Shown here piece by piece: positions 24,468 to 36,649 of a DNA stretch of 64,000 nt; the first letter of the stretch is position 1, and every line of letters starts with the position of its first letter. The position numbers and the translations under genes are program-made. Origin of the DNA: Schizochytrium sp. TIO01 (Eukaryota > Protista > Bigyra: Labyrinthulomycetes); the NCBI GenBank assembly GCA_004764695.1, contig SMSO01000031.1, positions 6,244,761 to 6,308,760 of the forward strand. The letters run 5' to 3'. Under the pieces are notes generated by a model. It was not told where the DNA came from. It saw nothing but the letters and a program-made list of their open reading frames with translations, and made no database searches.

Positions 24468-24914
24468 TCACGCCGATGGATCACGACCAGCAACCAGCAA
24501 CCGTGTTTTACAAAACTGAATAAACTCTGGCTTGTTTAACGGGGCAGATGGCGCAGTCTGATTTTTAGATTCGACTCGACCATCAATCTGGGCCCCTAGT
24601 GCACGGACAGCGTTTACGCAAGCATCTGGTGCCACCTTTCCAGTCTTTTCAGAATCATACATATCAAAAAGGGTTTCCAGATCCTGATCTGTAAAGATGC
24701 TGCCCTGGACGCCGCTCTTTCTCAGGTTCTGCAGAGTTTGCAGTTTGCGAATCAGAAAGTCATGAATGTCATCTGGCTTCTCATACACAATAGCAGAGCC
24801 GAGTTCATTAAACAACCCTACAATGTTGTGTTCCTTTAGGTACGCCCGCGCGACCTCTCGCGGGTCCTGCCTTCCGGACCTTGCAGGGCTGACTGGACCT
24901 TCTTCGCTGCTCAT
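24468..24914 (-). CDS. EFCAB10-like protein (RIIa/Dpy-30-type docking domain plus EF-hand)
   Basis: AYLKEHNIVGLFNELGSAIVYEKPDDIHDFLI (D/D domain) and LETLFDMYDSEKTGKV (EF-hand). Confidence 0.75.
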   Translation of the reverse strand: MSSEEGPVSPARSGRQDPREVARAYLKEHNIVGLFNELGSAIVYEKPDDIHDFLIRKLQTLQNLRKSGVQGSIFTDQDLETLFDMYDSEKTGKVAPDACVNAVRALGAQIDGRVESKNQTAPSAPLNKPEFIQFCKTRLLVAGRDPSA

Positions 24915-26306
24915 CGTGACTTCCCTAGAAAAGTTTCTGCGCAGCCTCGTTAGTATCCCTTATTCTTATTGAGATCTTCTTTCCCTTCGCGCGTTTTGCT
25001 TGGCCTCTTGTCAGTGCCAGAGTTTCCTTGCTTGTCTGCGCTTTCGCACGTGTACAAAGATTTCTCTTCTCGGCATATCAACAAATGCATAAATGGTGTG
25101 TCAACGGCCAAAAAAGGACAGAACTCAACTATTGAGAAAGATAAATAAAAAAAAATCGCCATGAATGAAGCAACCTAAACCTTGAAGCAATTTCGTACTT
25201 GATGCTCTGCTACTGGCACGAAGCAAACCTGCACGCAACAGGGATCATAGCGTGCTGTTTCTTCAGGGTCAGGATTCACTGCTCTTATGATCCATTGGTG
25301 AAAGCGAAATAGGCAAAGAATCTCTGACTACTAAAACCTTCTACGGATAGTGAGGCCTCAGCTCGACTACTTCGTGAAGAGATAGATAGATAAGTAAAGA
25401 AATGGAAAGCGGAGTCAAAAGTTAATAATGATTCGGTAGTAGTTCCTGCTTATAAGTTATTTCTTTCACTCACATTCTAAATTGAGGGGCGATAAAAGAA
25501 AAGAGAAAAGAGCACCCATGTACATATATATATGTTTACTTTTCTTTCTTTTCTTTTGGAAAACAAAACAACTTGATCTGGAACAGAGTGTAGAAGAATC
25601 GAGGGACAAAAATCAGACCCCTTTTCACGGTGTACGAAGAAAAGTCTGGGCTGCCCCTTAAAGCCATGGAAGGATCGGGCTCATGAGTCTTCAGTCGAGA
25701 GTATCTTAAGTTCATACCAAAAGAAGCATTGAAACGCTACCTGCGACACCTCCACAGCCTGCCTGGTGGTCTCCATGCTCGCACACAAACTTTCATTGAA
25801 CGATCAATTCTAAGGACTCTTTTTAGAGCACTGTTATCATCAACAATAAGAATCTACAGCAAAGTGGCATTTTGCCATCTTTGTACAACAGTATCTTCCC
25901 CTTGAAGAGAGATGCTAGAATGCATAAACACGTCTCTTGAAACATCGCGGTTCTATTGCTGTGTCGTTCTGTTGTTGACTCAAAAGAACCAGGCTCCTGC
26001 GCCAGCTTTCCTTGTATAAACTAATACTAGAAGCTGAGGAATCAAAGTCACCTCGAACGCCTCCAACTGTATGAGTTTGAGCCTGACCCCCGAAAATTAC
26101 AAATAAAAACACCAGTCATACATACTCACATAAATTCATGCACCGATCTCTGGCAGAGGCTCCACTAGCAAGACATCGCCGAGGCTCTGGAGCAAGAACC
26201 GACCTGCACCTGGGCATCATCCCCCTTTGATCCCGGGACATTCTTCTCTTCATTTCACCCCATCACTAACTTTCACTTGCACTGCATTGCATTGCGTTGA
26301 ATTGCA

Positions 26307-26366
26307 TGCATTTGCATTTGCATTTGCATTTGCATTTGCATTTGCATTTGCATTTGCATTTGCATT
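26307..26366. repeat. (TGCATT)10 microsatellite
   Basis: Ten perfect hexamer copies. These create the spurious NANANA/HLHLHL/FAFAFA ORFs. Confidence 0.95.
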
Positions 26367-26921
26367 CACCATCTTCAAAGCAAATTCTCTTGTCGTCAAG
26401 GTCTCTAGCTCGTCATACTCGCAGACGAGATGACCTCTTCGTCTTGACGATTGTGAAGAGAGCTTCGTCTCAGCTTGAGCACTATCTTCATCTTGCACAG
26501 CTCCAAGGCGTGAGCCAAATGAGCTGCTCTCGAGCAGGCCCATCTTGAACGCCTAGCCCACAGCTGACCCATACGGACACCTAAGTGGCGGGCAAACGAG
26601 CGCTGTACCTTTGGCAATAAAATTACAATCTAGCTAGTTTTTTAACTTGCTGCACGAGCTACTCTTGCAGAGCTCGACTCTTCGACTGATATGGCCCATG
26701 ACCATTCCAGGTCGGCGTGTGATGTAGACAACGTGGGGCCATCGAGATCGAGAAAGGTCGCCCCACCGAACGAAGTCTTCACCAATCGATCCTCAATGGA
26801 TGGAAACTCCTGTTTTCATTTCTTCATTTGTGTAGCAAAAAAAACTAAAAAACTTTGAAGAGCCCAAATCAAAAACCAAACAGCTCTTAAATCAAGACTT
26901 CAAGAACTCGATGATCGATTG

Positions 26922-28325
26922 ATGGCTGTTATTCAAGATGGACCGATGTCTGGTAGAGGTCTGCACAGCCTACCCCTGTCGAGGTCGTCTGCTTCGAAGC
27001 GCAGCGATGAGAAGGTTGGTTGCATATCTGACGCTCTCGGTGTTGGTGCTTTCTTTATGCAGTTGAGAAGGTGTCTTTCTTTTTTTCCCTTTCGAACTTT
27101 AGAAATAGAAATAATAATATTGTTTTAAAAATAAAGCCCGAGCAGTGAAAAACAAAAAAAAGTGATAAAGAGATAAAGTTCTTATTTGGGTTTAATGGAG
27201 CTAGCTGCATATCGGAAACTTCTGTGCCTTGCTCGCTGCCAGCGGGGCTGCTAGCTTCTGTTTGCCTGTCTCACGGCGATGAGGAGCTGTCTGGGCGCCA
27301 GCGAGGTGCTCGCAGAAGCTGCTGCGAACCTCGGAGACACCAGCTCTCTCACACAAGAAGACCGCCTCCAGGTACGTTGACGCCGCGATGTCAAAGATGG
27401 GCCGATCTTGAGAGCCCACTTTATTGAACGGACGGCTGAGAGCTCTCGAAGCGATACGGTCAAGGCAACAGTAAGGCGGATCCTGCAAAACCCTCATGCA
27501 TACAGAAGGTACTGACAATCAATTTGAAAACTATGCTTCGTTTCTATACGTTTGTTACAGACATTCATGAACCTTATGAACAACAATTTTTCAGGGTCGG
27601 CGACAGAAAATAATGTGCAAATTGCAGCTGCCTGTGCGTTACTTCTAGGCACAGATGCGCAAATGTTGGTGGCTGCAGCACCTTCTGCAGTAGATAAACT
27701 TTTAGAGCTGTTGGAGAACCATGCTAGTAAGGTGCCAATGCCGATTGCACTTGTAGCAACGTCGTTGGCAACTGTCAACATACAGAACCAAGTAACTCAA
27801 GCTCGCCAAAGGCGAGCCTTGGAGCTTGCTACAAAACTCTGCACTCCCGGCAGTTTACATGAGGACCAACAAATATGGCGTCCGCAGCTAATCGCTGCGA
27901 CCAGGGTCTTGCACGATGAAATGCTACCATCAAGAAAATCTACGTTAATGGGACGCTACTGTTCAAGGATCATGCACGCAGAGAGCACATTGCGACGTGT
28001 AGCGATGATTAGTGCTGTAGTCCTTGGATTTCTTTTGGCTATGTTTGCCATGTGGGTGGTTGTCTCGTCAGTATCTTCGTATGTGTCAAACGAAGGACCT
28101 CGCTCGTTGCGAGATGACGCCCACAAGTTTTTGCCTGTGGTTCTCCTGATCGCCTACGTTTCCGTAGGATATAAATCATCGAACACGATGCCGAAGACAA
28201 CTGCTGATAAGATTATTGCGCCCTTGGCCCGTAATGTGGTAGAGGCTCATGCTATTGGTGAGGCCAAAATGATGCATGACGAGGCATTCTCATCAGGGGC
28301 CTCCACATCTTCAGATACCTTGTGA
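26922..28325 (+). CDS. Multi-exon hypothetical membrane protein; last exon 27561-28325 intact, upstream exons frame-disrupted
   Basis: The last ORF has two TM-like segments and follows a GTACTG...TACAG intron (27509-27560). The 27204-27508 segment needs several frame changes, so it is either a pseudogene or contains sequence errors. Confidence 0.4.
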
Positions 28326-28944
28326 CCCACTGGGGGCAGTGAGTCAACAATCGAAGAGCAAAAGCTAAATTCCCATTCACATTCCTTTTGATTTCTTTGT
28401 TATGTGTGAGAAAACAAAGGATGCCAAACATAAATTGAGACGAAGTGGGAACGCGCTGTGTTGGAGTGCGCACCCTTGTATAGCAGGGACTGCTCTAAGA
28501 AGGCTTGGAGTAGACTAGATATATCAAAACTTTGAAATAAAAGTATTTTACATTTGTGCAATATTTAACGCATCCACAGATGCGGCTTGACAAAAGGCGT
28601 TTCTGTCTTCATCGAAACTTTGATTTGAACTTGGACTTGGTGATGCGAGCATATTTGACTTTACGAGCTCACTTTGGATGAAGTAATCTTGGTTTTCTAC
28701 ATTTTACATCTTTTCTTCTTGCGAAAGTCTAATGCAATACTTCCTGCTATTCCATAAGCTCAATCAAGCATTTGCTAGCCGCGACACTCAACAAGTCGTC
28801 GCATTCTGCAATTTAATGAATAAATGAAGAAGATTAAAGAAAAACAAAGGATCTTTACTATATTTTGGGGCTTATGTACGGAGCAAAGAAACATGTTGGC
28901 TGGTTGATTGCTAATTATTGACAGTTAAAAGAGTGCAAGGCCAC

Positions 28945-30213
28945 TTACTCTTTGGAGCGAAGAAGGCGGCCCATGCGCTCCATAGCTTCGTCCATTTGCT
29001 CGGGGGATGCCAATGAGTACGAAAGACGAACAGCAGGAAGGTCATCATCGATGGGACTGAAAAAATGGCCAGCAACCACAAGCACATCCTTCTCGTGAAC
29101 AAGCTCCTTAGTGAACTCACGCACGCTCTCGACACAATCAATCTTGAGCCACATGAACATGCCAGCATCGGGGACTGACCAGGAGCAGAGACCGTTGAGG
29201 TGGCGCTCTGCGGACTGAATGAGGGCATCGCGCTGATTACGATAGAATGCAACGACGCGGCTAAAGTGGTCTTCCAGGCCTTCGTATCCCCAGTGGTTGA
29301 GCAGAGCCATGACAACACTCTGTGAAAAGCAACTCGTGTTGACCTCGGTAACCTGTTGGTGAAGCTCGCAGCGTTCCACGAGCTCCTTTGGGCCGGTCAT
29401 GAAACCAATGCGAAGACCCGAGGAGAGAATCTTGGAGAAGCTATCAAAGCGCACCACTCGGGCTTCCTCATCCATTGAGTAGAAACTTGGGACGCGTTCT
29501 TCAGCAAACTGTAAGAAGTAGTAAGGATCGTCCTCGAGGATGAGCAGATCGTGCTTGCAGCAGATGCGGTAGATCTCCTGACGGCGATCCAAAGCCAAAG
29601 TCACACCTGTTGGGTTAGAGCCTGAAGGAATCAGGTAGATGGCTTTGGGCTTGGGCTTACCAGGGTGCGTCACATCCCACTCATCAAGAACTTGCTCTAA
29701 GGCGGACGGTACAAGGCCGTGGTCGTCAGTTTTCACTGGCATACTGGTACTGCCCCAAGCGCGGAGAAAACTAAGAGTGCCAGAAAATACGGCCTCCTCC
29801 ATGAGAAGGGTATCTTCGGTTTCCATGATGCACTCCAGGGTCTTTGTGACACTATCCATGCTGCCGGTGGAGACGAAGATGTCGCTGTTTTCGCCACTGG
29901 CGGCACGAGGCGGGTTGTGGAAGTGTTCCTGGAAATCCTTGAGCATCTTGATGAGCGCAGGGATTCCTGCCGATGAGCAGTACTGAAGCATTTCGGACAT
30001 GTTCCCAATCTCCAGGGTTGTTCCTTCCTCAGGTCCGCTCAATGTCAAGGTCATTCCTGCGAGCGGAAATGTGAGATCATTCGGCATGCCTCCTCCAAGG
30101 CTGATCGCTCCCGGTTTGTTCATCAGCGGCAGCAGCGCCCGAATCGGCGAGCATTTCCGCGACTTGCTGCGTTCCGTCATGAACCTCGTGTACCCATCCT
30201 TCCCGGCGCTCAT
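28945..30213 (-). CDS. AADAT: 2-aminoadipate/kynurenine aminotransferase (PLP class I, AADAT/KAT-II/ARO8-like)
   Basis: SPIRAL, ISLGGGMPN, GSNPTG, ILEDDPYYFL, the PLP-lysine motif DSFSKILSSGLRIG, AGMFMW and VRLSYS. Likely ATG is 30213 (MSAGKDGY). Confidence 0.88.
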   Translation of the reverse strand: MSAGKDGYTRFMTERSKSRKCSPIRALLPLMNKPGAISLGGGMPNDLTFPLAGMTLTLSGPEEGTTLEIGNMSEMLQYCSSAGIPALIKMLKDFQEHFHNPPRAASGENSDIFVSTGSMDSVTKTLECIMETEDTLLMEEAVFSGTLSFLRAWGSTSMPVKTDDHGLVPSALEQVLDEWDVTHPGKPKPKAIYLIPSGSNPTGVTLALDRRQEIYRICCKHDLLILEDDPYYFLQFAEERVPSFYSMDEEARVVRFDSFSKILSSGLRIGFMTGPKELVERCELHQQVTEVNTSCFSQSVVMALLNHWGYEGLEDHFSRVVAFYRNQRDALIQSAERHLNGLCSWSVPDAGMFMWLKIDCVESVREFTKELVHEKDVLVVAGHFFSPIDDDLPAVRLSYSLASPEQMDEAMERMGRLLRSKE

Positions 30214-31261
30214 TTCCCCCGACTGAGTTGAGTTCTGCCCTTCCTTCGAGTCCTTCTCTATCCCGCTAACGCAGTTCTGCGATGCGTAAGACCCTTCGTT
30301 TCGGTCAAAAACCAAGACAAAACAAACTAAACCGACCAAACCAAAACAGGGACACCGCCGCACAGATCTGCCTTCCGCCTCGTCTGCCTTCGCGGCCTCT
30401 TCTTCACCCCAGATTCGGATTTGCCGCAGCTTTTCCACGCCTCTTCGACGCCAATCTTTCTCAATCTCCAACGGCGCCGCAAAACATCTTCAAAGCACTA
30501 CCTTTCTCGCCCTCGAAACATTTTGCTCTCCACAGTCTCATACAAGTTCTCCGCCGCCCCTCCTCCTTCCCACTCCCCTCCTGCCCCCCAGAGCGTCGCC
30601 CGGCGCCCACCTCAGGTCCCTCCCCAAAGGGACAGACGCCTGCCGTCTGGGGGGCACAAAGCGAGAGTTCAGGGAGGGCAGATTTTTGTGATAGCGCAAG
30701 GCTTTTCTTCGCATCGCTCTGGCGCCCCAAGTTCCAGACTCGCGGAGGCGCCTCTCTGCGCAAAGGGATTGCGCTGGGCGCCCCGCCGGCAGCGCCGCAG
30801 GGCCCGCCAGGGCCTGGCTCCGCCCCTGCCTGCAGCCGACAGCCTGTTCGCAGACCGTGCGCGGGCTCCTGGGCGCCGCGAGGTTCTGCGCGGGAGACCG
30901 CGACCTGCGCGGGCCTATCGTTTACGGTAGCACCTCTCCTAGCGACAGGGCCACACCTGGTCTTGTGCGCGCGGCTCTGCCTCCTTCGCGCCTCTGAATT
31001 ACATACGAAGTTTGTTAGCGCCGACCCGGCGGCCGCAGAACCGGCGGGTGGGCCCTCCTACCGGACCGCGTGCACGCCAGCCTGGAGACCCCGCGGGCGC
31101 TAGGCAGTGCTACAGAAAGGGGTAGCTGGCCTCGCGTTCCTCGGGTGTTCTGTTCCGCGAGGCGGCGTTCTTTGCGTTCTGTTCTTATCGGTGTTCTGTT
31201 TGGCCGGGAGAACTGAGAAGAGGATTATTGTGATTTGTTTTTAGTTATAATAAAGTTTTAG

Positions 31262-32428
31262 TTTATGATTTATGATTTATGATTTATGATTTGTAACTTT
31301 TGTCGAAGGAAGTAACAAAAAGAGAATGAGATTGTTTTATTGAAGGAATGGAATGGAATGGAATGGAATGGAATGAAATGAAGATCAATCACCGTCGCTG
31401 GAGAAAACTTCTTCGGTTCATGCCAGCTGCGGAATGAGCTGCGATCGACGCCTGGGGTCGTGAGGGCTGAAGGCGGAACAGGGAGGCTCGGGACTCTGCC
31501 AGGCAGCGAAGGTGGCGTGAGTCGAAGTCCATCAAGGCTTATTTATTTGTTTATTTATTTATTTTGCTTTCTTATCGCAATGTACGTTCGTTTCTTTGGG
31601 TGTGCACTGCAATTTAACTCTGTTTCAAGAACGATGATGGCGATGGCGTGGAGAGATCAGGGAAACCTCCCTCTTCGCTGCAACGACCTGCGCACAACCT
31701 GCGGCTGCCGAGGATGACGATGGAGATCCTGTCCACCCTCGCGTGTCGTCGCTTGTTTGCCTGTGCAGAGAACGGCGGCATCCGTGCCTGCATCCTGCAC
31801 GTCTCGGGGATCGTCTCATCAGGATGAGCAGGCAGCATGCATCCATCCATCCATCCATCCATCCATCCATCCATCCATCCATCCATCCATCCATGCGCTG
31901 CCGCCGCAAACGAACTCGAGCTTGCGGTCGTGACCCCAAGGGCCCAGCGCCGGCTGCCTGGCGCTCCCGCTCGCCCGTGAATTTGGGCCGCCGAGCTGTG
32001 TCAAGACTGGGCCAATCTCTCATGGGTACGTGCCCCGTACAGCGGACCCGGCGACGCTTTGCACTCAATGACCAACATTTTGGGAACCTGAGCGTGCGCG
32101 AGCGAGCAAGCAAGCAAGCAAGCAAGCAATTGTGCTTCAGTTGTGGGTGCATCCCAGAGCGAGCGAGCAATCTCCAAGCACATCATCGTCATGCGTGCAA
32201 TGCTCGGCTGCTCGCGTGCAGACGTTGCAGTACATGGCCGCGACTGCGAGTTCCTGGGCTCCGCGGTGGCCTGCTTGCTCGCGATCTCAGCCGCCTGCGA
32301 GCAGCACGTGAAGGACTACCCGGAGGACAGCGAGCGCCTCGTCGAGTCGAGTCGAGTCGAGTCTGCTATGAAGGGCGCACAAGAGCAAAGCTCCAGTTAC
32401 TCAGTCAGTCAGTCAGTCAGTCAGTCAG
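31262..32428. repeat. Cluster of different microsatellites: (TTTATGA)4 31262-31289, (GGAAT)6 31345-31374, (CATC)~13 31840-31894, (GCAA)6 32106-32129, (GTCGA)~4.6 32341-32363, (TCAG)7 32401-32428
   Basis: Directly visible tandem arrays. Confidence 0.92.
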
Positions 32429-32737
32429 CGGTAATGCCAATCGATAATCGTCCTGCAATGCGGGGTGCACAAATTCTCTTGACCACAAAGTCGGCCCATG
32501 CGAACTTTGCGGCGGTGGCGAACCGCTGACGATCGCTTCGAGGCAGGTGCTGTAGTCACAGGTCGCCGCCAGAAGAGCGACTGACTCCTGTGAGCTTTCT
32601 GGCATGGTCTCTGGACCTGAGCAGTCGCGTGCACAGAACTGGGCAGTAGAGGGAGTGCGACAATAGTGACTGCTACGGAGTACGTACCAGAAATATAAGA
32701 GGGATGATCTGCGAACAGCGCACTCCCTCATATCTAA

Positions 32738-32890
32738 TTAGATAGGTAGATAGATTTATACATGTATAGATGGATAGATTTATAGATGGATAGATTTATA
32801 GATGGATAGATTCATAGATATATAGATTTATACATTTATAGATGGATAGATTTATAGATGGATAGATTTATAGATGGATAGATGTATAGT
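32738..32890. repeat. 16-bp minisatellite, consensus ATAGATGGATAGATTT, about 9 degenerate copies
   Basis: Directly visible tandem repeat. Confidence 0.85.
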
Positions 32891-33618
32891 TAGATAGAAA
32901 GCACTCTCACAAGTCACAGATCCCAAGTTAAAACCTCTTGACTTCAAGATAATCGAGCAAGCATGCCGCCTACGAAGTACAGAACGTTATAGATTCAGGA
33001 ATCTAGTTAAGAAAAATGTGTTTATTAGGTTGGATGCCCAAGTGGCCGAAGCGAAAACCCGATGGGCAGTAGAAACTTAAGGTGTAGGAAATTGGTAGCT
33101 ACGAAGATGAGAAGTCACGGTAGCAGTGAATTTGCGGCACTCTTCCGAAACAAAACAAAAAAATAAACTTAGAGTCTGAAAATTAAGTAATCTGCTGGAC
33201 CCGCATGCGAGTGGCAGTACTTGAGGATACAAGTAGTGGTTTCCCCTTGGGTAGCGAGGTATAAGTGAAGCAGTCAGACAATGTTTTTATCAAGGGCGTA
33301 GACTTTAAAGTTGATTGATGCGTTGCCGAAACTCTGCACATTCACTTTGATGAAAGGGGAAGAAAAGCATCTACATTCGCAAGCTCACAAAAGGTCGGCG
33401 CCACAACTTGTAAACAAAATACCTTGCACGGAAAGGACAGCTATGGTAAACCTTGCTCAATCTAAAAGCATGGATTAATTTATTAGTCATACTACATAAA
33501 AGGTGAGAGTTCCTGGCGCAGTTATCAGAAGAACCGTTTGTATCATCTCAAAGAAACTATCAGCAACAAATTTGAGGAGGATTTCGGATGAAATTAACGT
33601 CATCTGACGATGAAGAGC

Positions 33619-35109
33619 TTATACCATCTGCACTGTGCGCTGACCTGTTGTCGGAGCACCCGAGCCCGTGGCGGTGGTCCGAGGAGCTGATGCACGTCCA
33701 GTCGATGCAGAACCAGCAGAACTGAAGTCACGGTTTGTCAAAATTGCTGGTGCCACAACTGTCCAGAGGTACATGAGAATGGTAAGCCATTGAGATGCAA
33801 TGCGGAGCCACATTTGCCCCTTGCCACCTGAGTTCGATGCTTCAGCAGCGCCCCAGTTGGTGAGAACCATGGACAAATAAAAGGTTGTGATAGCCATTAC
33901 GAGGTGAAAGCAAATAACATACGTGCGCTCACCAGGTTTTTCGTTTTCTTCAGGTACCTTGCGGGCTTCAGTTTGCTCACGGCGCATTTCCCCGGCAGTG
34001 CGCCCCTCCCCAACCTCATACAAACCAGCATGAGCATGCGCGGTCTCTTCAGCTGTTGGCGCGTCCTCGGGAATACCCTTGCTACCGTGCATAATTGATG
34101 CCACCGATTGAGAACTCTGGCTCGCGCCCCAAAGCAGACTGATACCCATAATCACAGCACCCAAGGCAATTGAACCATCAATCGAAGACCCGTCGAAAGC
34201 AGAGTTACGGCACTCATCATCTGGGTTCGCATCAAGAGCTGCCCAGGCAAGGTAGGTGATATATGCAGAGATAACACCAGCAGGAAGTGCCGCACCAGGC
34301 TCATCAGAGAAGCGATCACGAAACAAGGTCAAACCAGTAATCAGAATCACTGCCAATAGAGTAATCGTAGTGATGCCGGTGCCAATGCTGCACTGCGAAA
34401 ACTCAATGTAAAGCATCACGATACCCGCCATGGTGGCTGCATAGAGACCAACAACGGAGGCAACAATTAATGTCAACCAGCACTTTTCGTTTCTGTTTTC
34501 GTCTTCAGAGTTGGCTACCCATCGGTCATTCCAATCATATGCAAAACCGATCATCAGAATGATCTGGAGTAGCAAGAACAGAACAGAGCAGACACGCGCA
34601 GTCCAGACGTAGCCATCAGAGTTGAATGTATCCTCAGGCATCAAAATGAATCCGATAATTCCACCAATCTGCAAAATGAGCTTCCACAGCCAAAGACCAC
34701 GATGAAACCAAGTACCACAAAAGCTCAAGAGCACGTGCAGAGCAAAGAAGCATGCAGTTGCTGAACCAACACGATAAACGGCCTCATCACCAGTGCAGTA
34801 GGCATAGATGCCATCGCTATTTGTTGCATTTGTCACGTCTAGGTTGATCTGGTTGGTGGAGTTACTGCACCCAATTTGATATCCTGCAATGTCCCAGTCC
34901 CAATCATCTGCTGAATACCTTAGCACGTAGCACAACACGACTATGCCAAGCATGTCGAGCAAATAAAAGTATTTGGCTGTTCGCGTGGAGATGCCTCCCG
35001 CTGCTGCTGTTGCAGTTGAAATGCAGCATCCGAAAAAAGAACACGCACAGCTCAGTCCTGTGCATGCGCAGCACAGGACTGAAGGCATCAACGACACCAT
35101 GGCCCCCAT
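33619..35109 (-). CDS. SERINC: Serine incorporator (Serinc/TMS1 family) membrane protein
   Basis: MGA start with a Cys-rich N-terminus, CTGDEAVYRVG, HRGLWLWK, FLLLQIILMIGFAYDWNDRW, YITYLAWAAL, FHLVMA...YLSMVLTNW, WLRIASQW...YLWTVVAP...NRDFS. Confidence 0.93.
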   Translation of the reverse strand: MGAMVSLMPSVLCCACTGLSCACSFFGCCISTATAAAGGISTRTAKYFYLLDMLGIVVLCYVLRYSADDWDWDIAGYQIGCSNSTNQINLDVTNATNSDGIYAYCTGDEAVYRVGSATACFFALHVLLSFCGTWFHRGLWLWKLILQIGGIIGFILMPEDTFNSDGYVWTARVCSVLFLLLQIILMIGFAYDWNDRWVANSEDENRNEKCWLTLIVASVVGLYAATMAGIVMLYIEFSQCSIGTGITTITLLAVILITGLTLFRDRFSDEPGAALPAGVISAYITYLAWAALDANPDDECRNSAFDGSSIDGSIALGAVIMGISLLWGASQSSQSVASIMHGSKGIPEDAPTAEETAHAHAGLYEVGEGRTAGEMRREQTEARKVPEENEKPGERTYVICFHLVMAITTFYLSMVLTNWGAAEASNSGGKGQMWLRIASQWLTILMYLWTVVAPAILTNRDFSSAGSASTGRASAPRTTATGSGAPTTGQRTVQMV

Positions 35110-36593
35110 TTTGGCTGACTGCTCTTAGTTCTACTTTCCACCTTCAACTAGTTTCAAGAACCCGCTCTTGAGTTTTTGCAATTAGCGAGTTGACTTCTAT
35201 CTCACTCGAGCAGATCCTTCCACTCTGCCGCAGCTGCTCCTTGGCAGATGATCGGTACAGATACCACTCACAGGTGAGCGCCTCGCTGTCCCGCGTGACT
35301 TCGTTAAGGTTTTGCTGCGTCGAGCGGTTCTGGTTTTGCAGAGCTCTTGAGGACGGTTTCTGGCACTTGGCGACTTGTGTTATTGAGCCGTATTTCTTGG
35401 TCTCCTGCAACGTTAAAATCCTACCGCTGTTTGCACAATTAAGTGTTTGACAGCCCAGAGCAGTCTCTCTGGAGAACCTTCACTTCTCCTTTGGTCCTCA
35501 ACCCAGAGTTTTCTCCCGCCGCTGCCAGCAGTAGAAAGAAGACTGCAGCTGCTGCAAGAGCGAGCGGGTTTTCTCTGGCGACTTGGTATATTGGCAGCAG
35601 ATGCTTTCCCACCAAGAAGTGCTAAAAACCAACAACAACAACAACAAAAAAAAAAAACAAGGTTAACCAAACCCAGATGCACTACCCACCAACCTTCTAG
35701 CGTTTAGCCCAATTGCAGAAATGGTCTGCGAGTAGTAAATCTTGCACAGTCTTGACCTCGACAGCCTTCCCGCGCGATTTCAGGGCATCGACCGCGGCAC
35801 TCGAACCCTCGAAACTCTGCACCTCCGAGTAGCCAGCGAAGGTGCCCAAAGAAGACAAAGAAGAACGTACACCCCTTTTCATTTACTCTCTTTTCTTGTT
35901 ATAAACTGTATGTATGTTAATCATATGGCGATGATTGGATTTTCATCTTTATTTTTGCTGTACAACGTTTCTTTGTTATTTTTAGTATTTTTTACAAATT
36001 AAGAATCCAACTATGAAACAAAATCATCAGAATAAATACATCGCTGGCTAGCATTGGGCTAGTGGACGATAGAACCGAGTGGTCTTGAGAAAGTAAATAA
36101 AAACATGTTATTAACATGAATAATAACTAAATAGAAACTTGGAATAAATCAAACGAATGAAAGTAGTATTGTTTCCTGGTTCCAGGCATTCAGGTTTTAT
36201 GGCAACTTTATAAAGTAGCCACTCGTCATCGTGAAGCGAGAACAGCCTAATCTGGATGCAAGGAAAACACAAAGGTCCAATGTGCTCTCGAAACGCAGCA
36301 GAATATAGTCAGCCAGGCAGCGTGTGAATGAATGAATGGTCGGTCCCTCACAACAATTGAGGTCAGTGCTCCAAGTCCTAATTCGCAATGTTGTGATCAA
36401 CTCGGCCTGAAGGAAGGACATAACAAACAAACGAAAGCTCTCGTTCCAAGTTCTCTTTTTCGAAGTTCTCCGATGCAGCAGCACAGAACAGCTATTTAGC
36501 GATCGATGAACTGCCCCGTGGCATAAGTCGTAGGCGATACTTAATAACTCGATTGCAGCTTCACGGTTGTAGGAGAGTAGTTCTCGCACGGAA

Positions 36594-36649
36594 TGATTGA
36601 TTCATTGATTCATTGATTCACTGATTCATTGATTCATTGATTCATTGAA
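36594..36649. repeat. (GATTCATT)n tandem repeat, about 6-7 copies
   Basis: Directly visible. Confidence 0.85.

Noticed and set aside
26227-26548. ORFs with NANANA / HLHLHL / FAFAFA tracts
   Set aside because: These are by-products of the (TGCATT)10 microsatellite. The surrounding 25600-26900 region may be a decayed gene, but no product could be assigned.
27204-27508. Alternative genetic code or systematic recoding to explain the frame breaks
   Set aside because: More than 20 long genes read cleanly in the standard code with normal stops, and the breaks are indel-type rather than stop-type.
30282-32731. Several long overlapping ORFs (273 aa, 234 aa, 181 aa)
   Set aside because: Explained by high GC and stop-free microsatellites; no recognisable motifs.
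32738-32890. CRISPR-like or telomeric array
   Set aside because: Head-to-tail degenerate 16-mers without unique spacers, and no TTAGGG-type unit.
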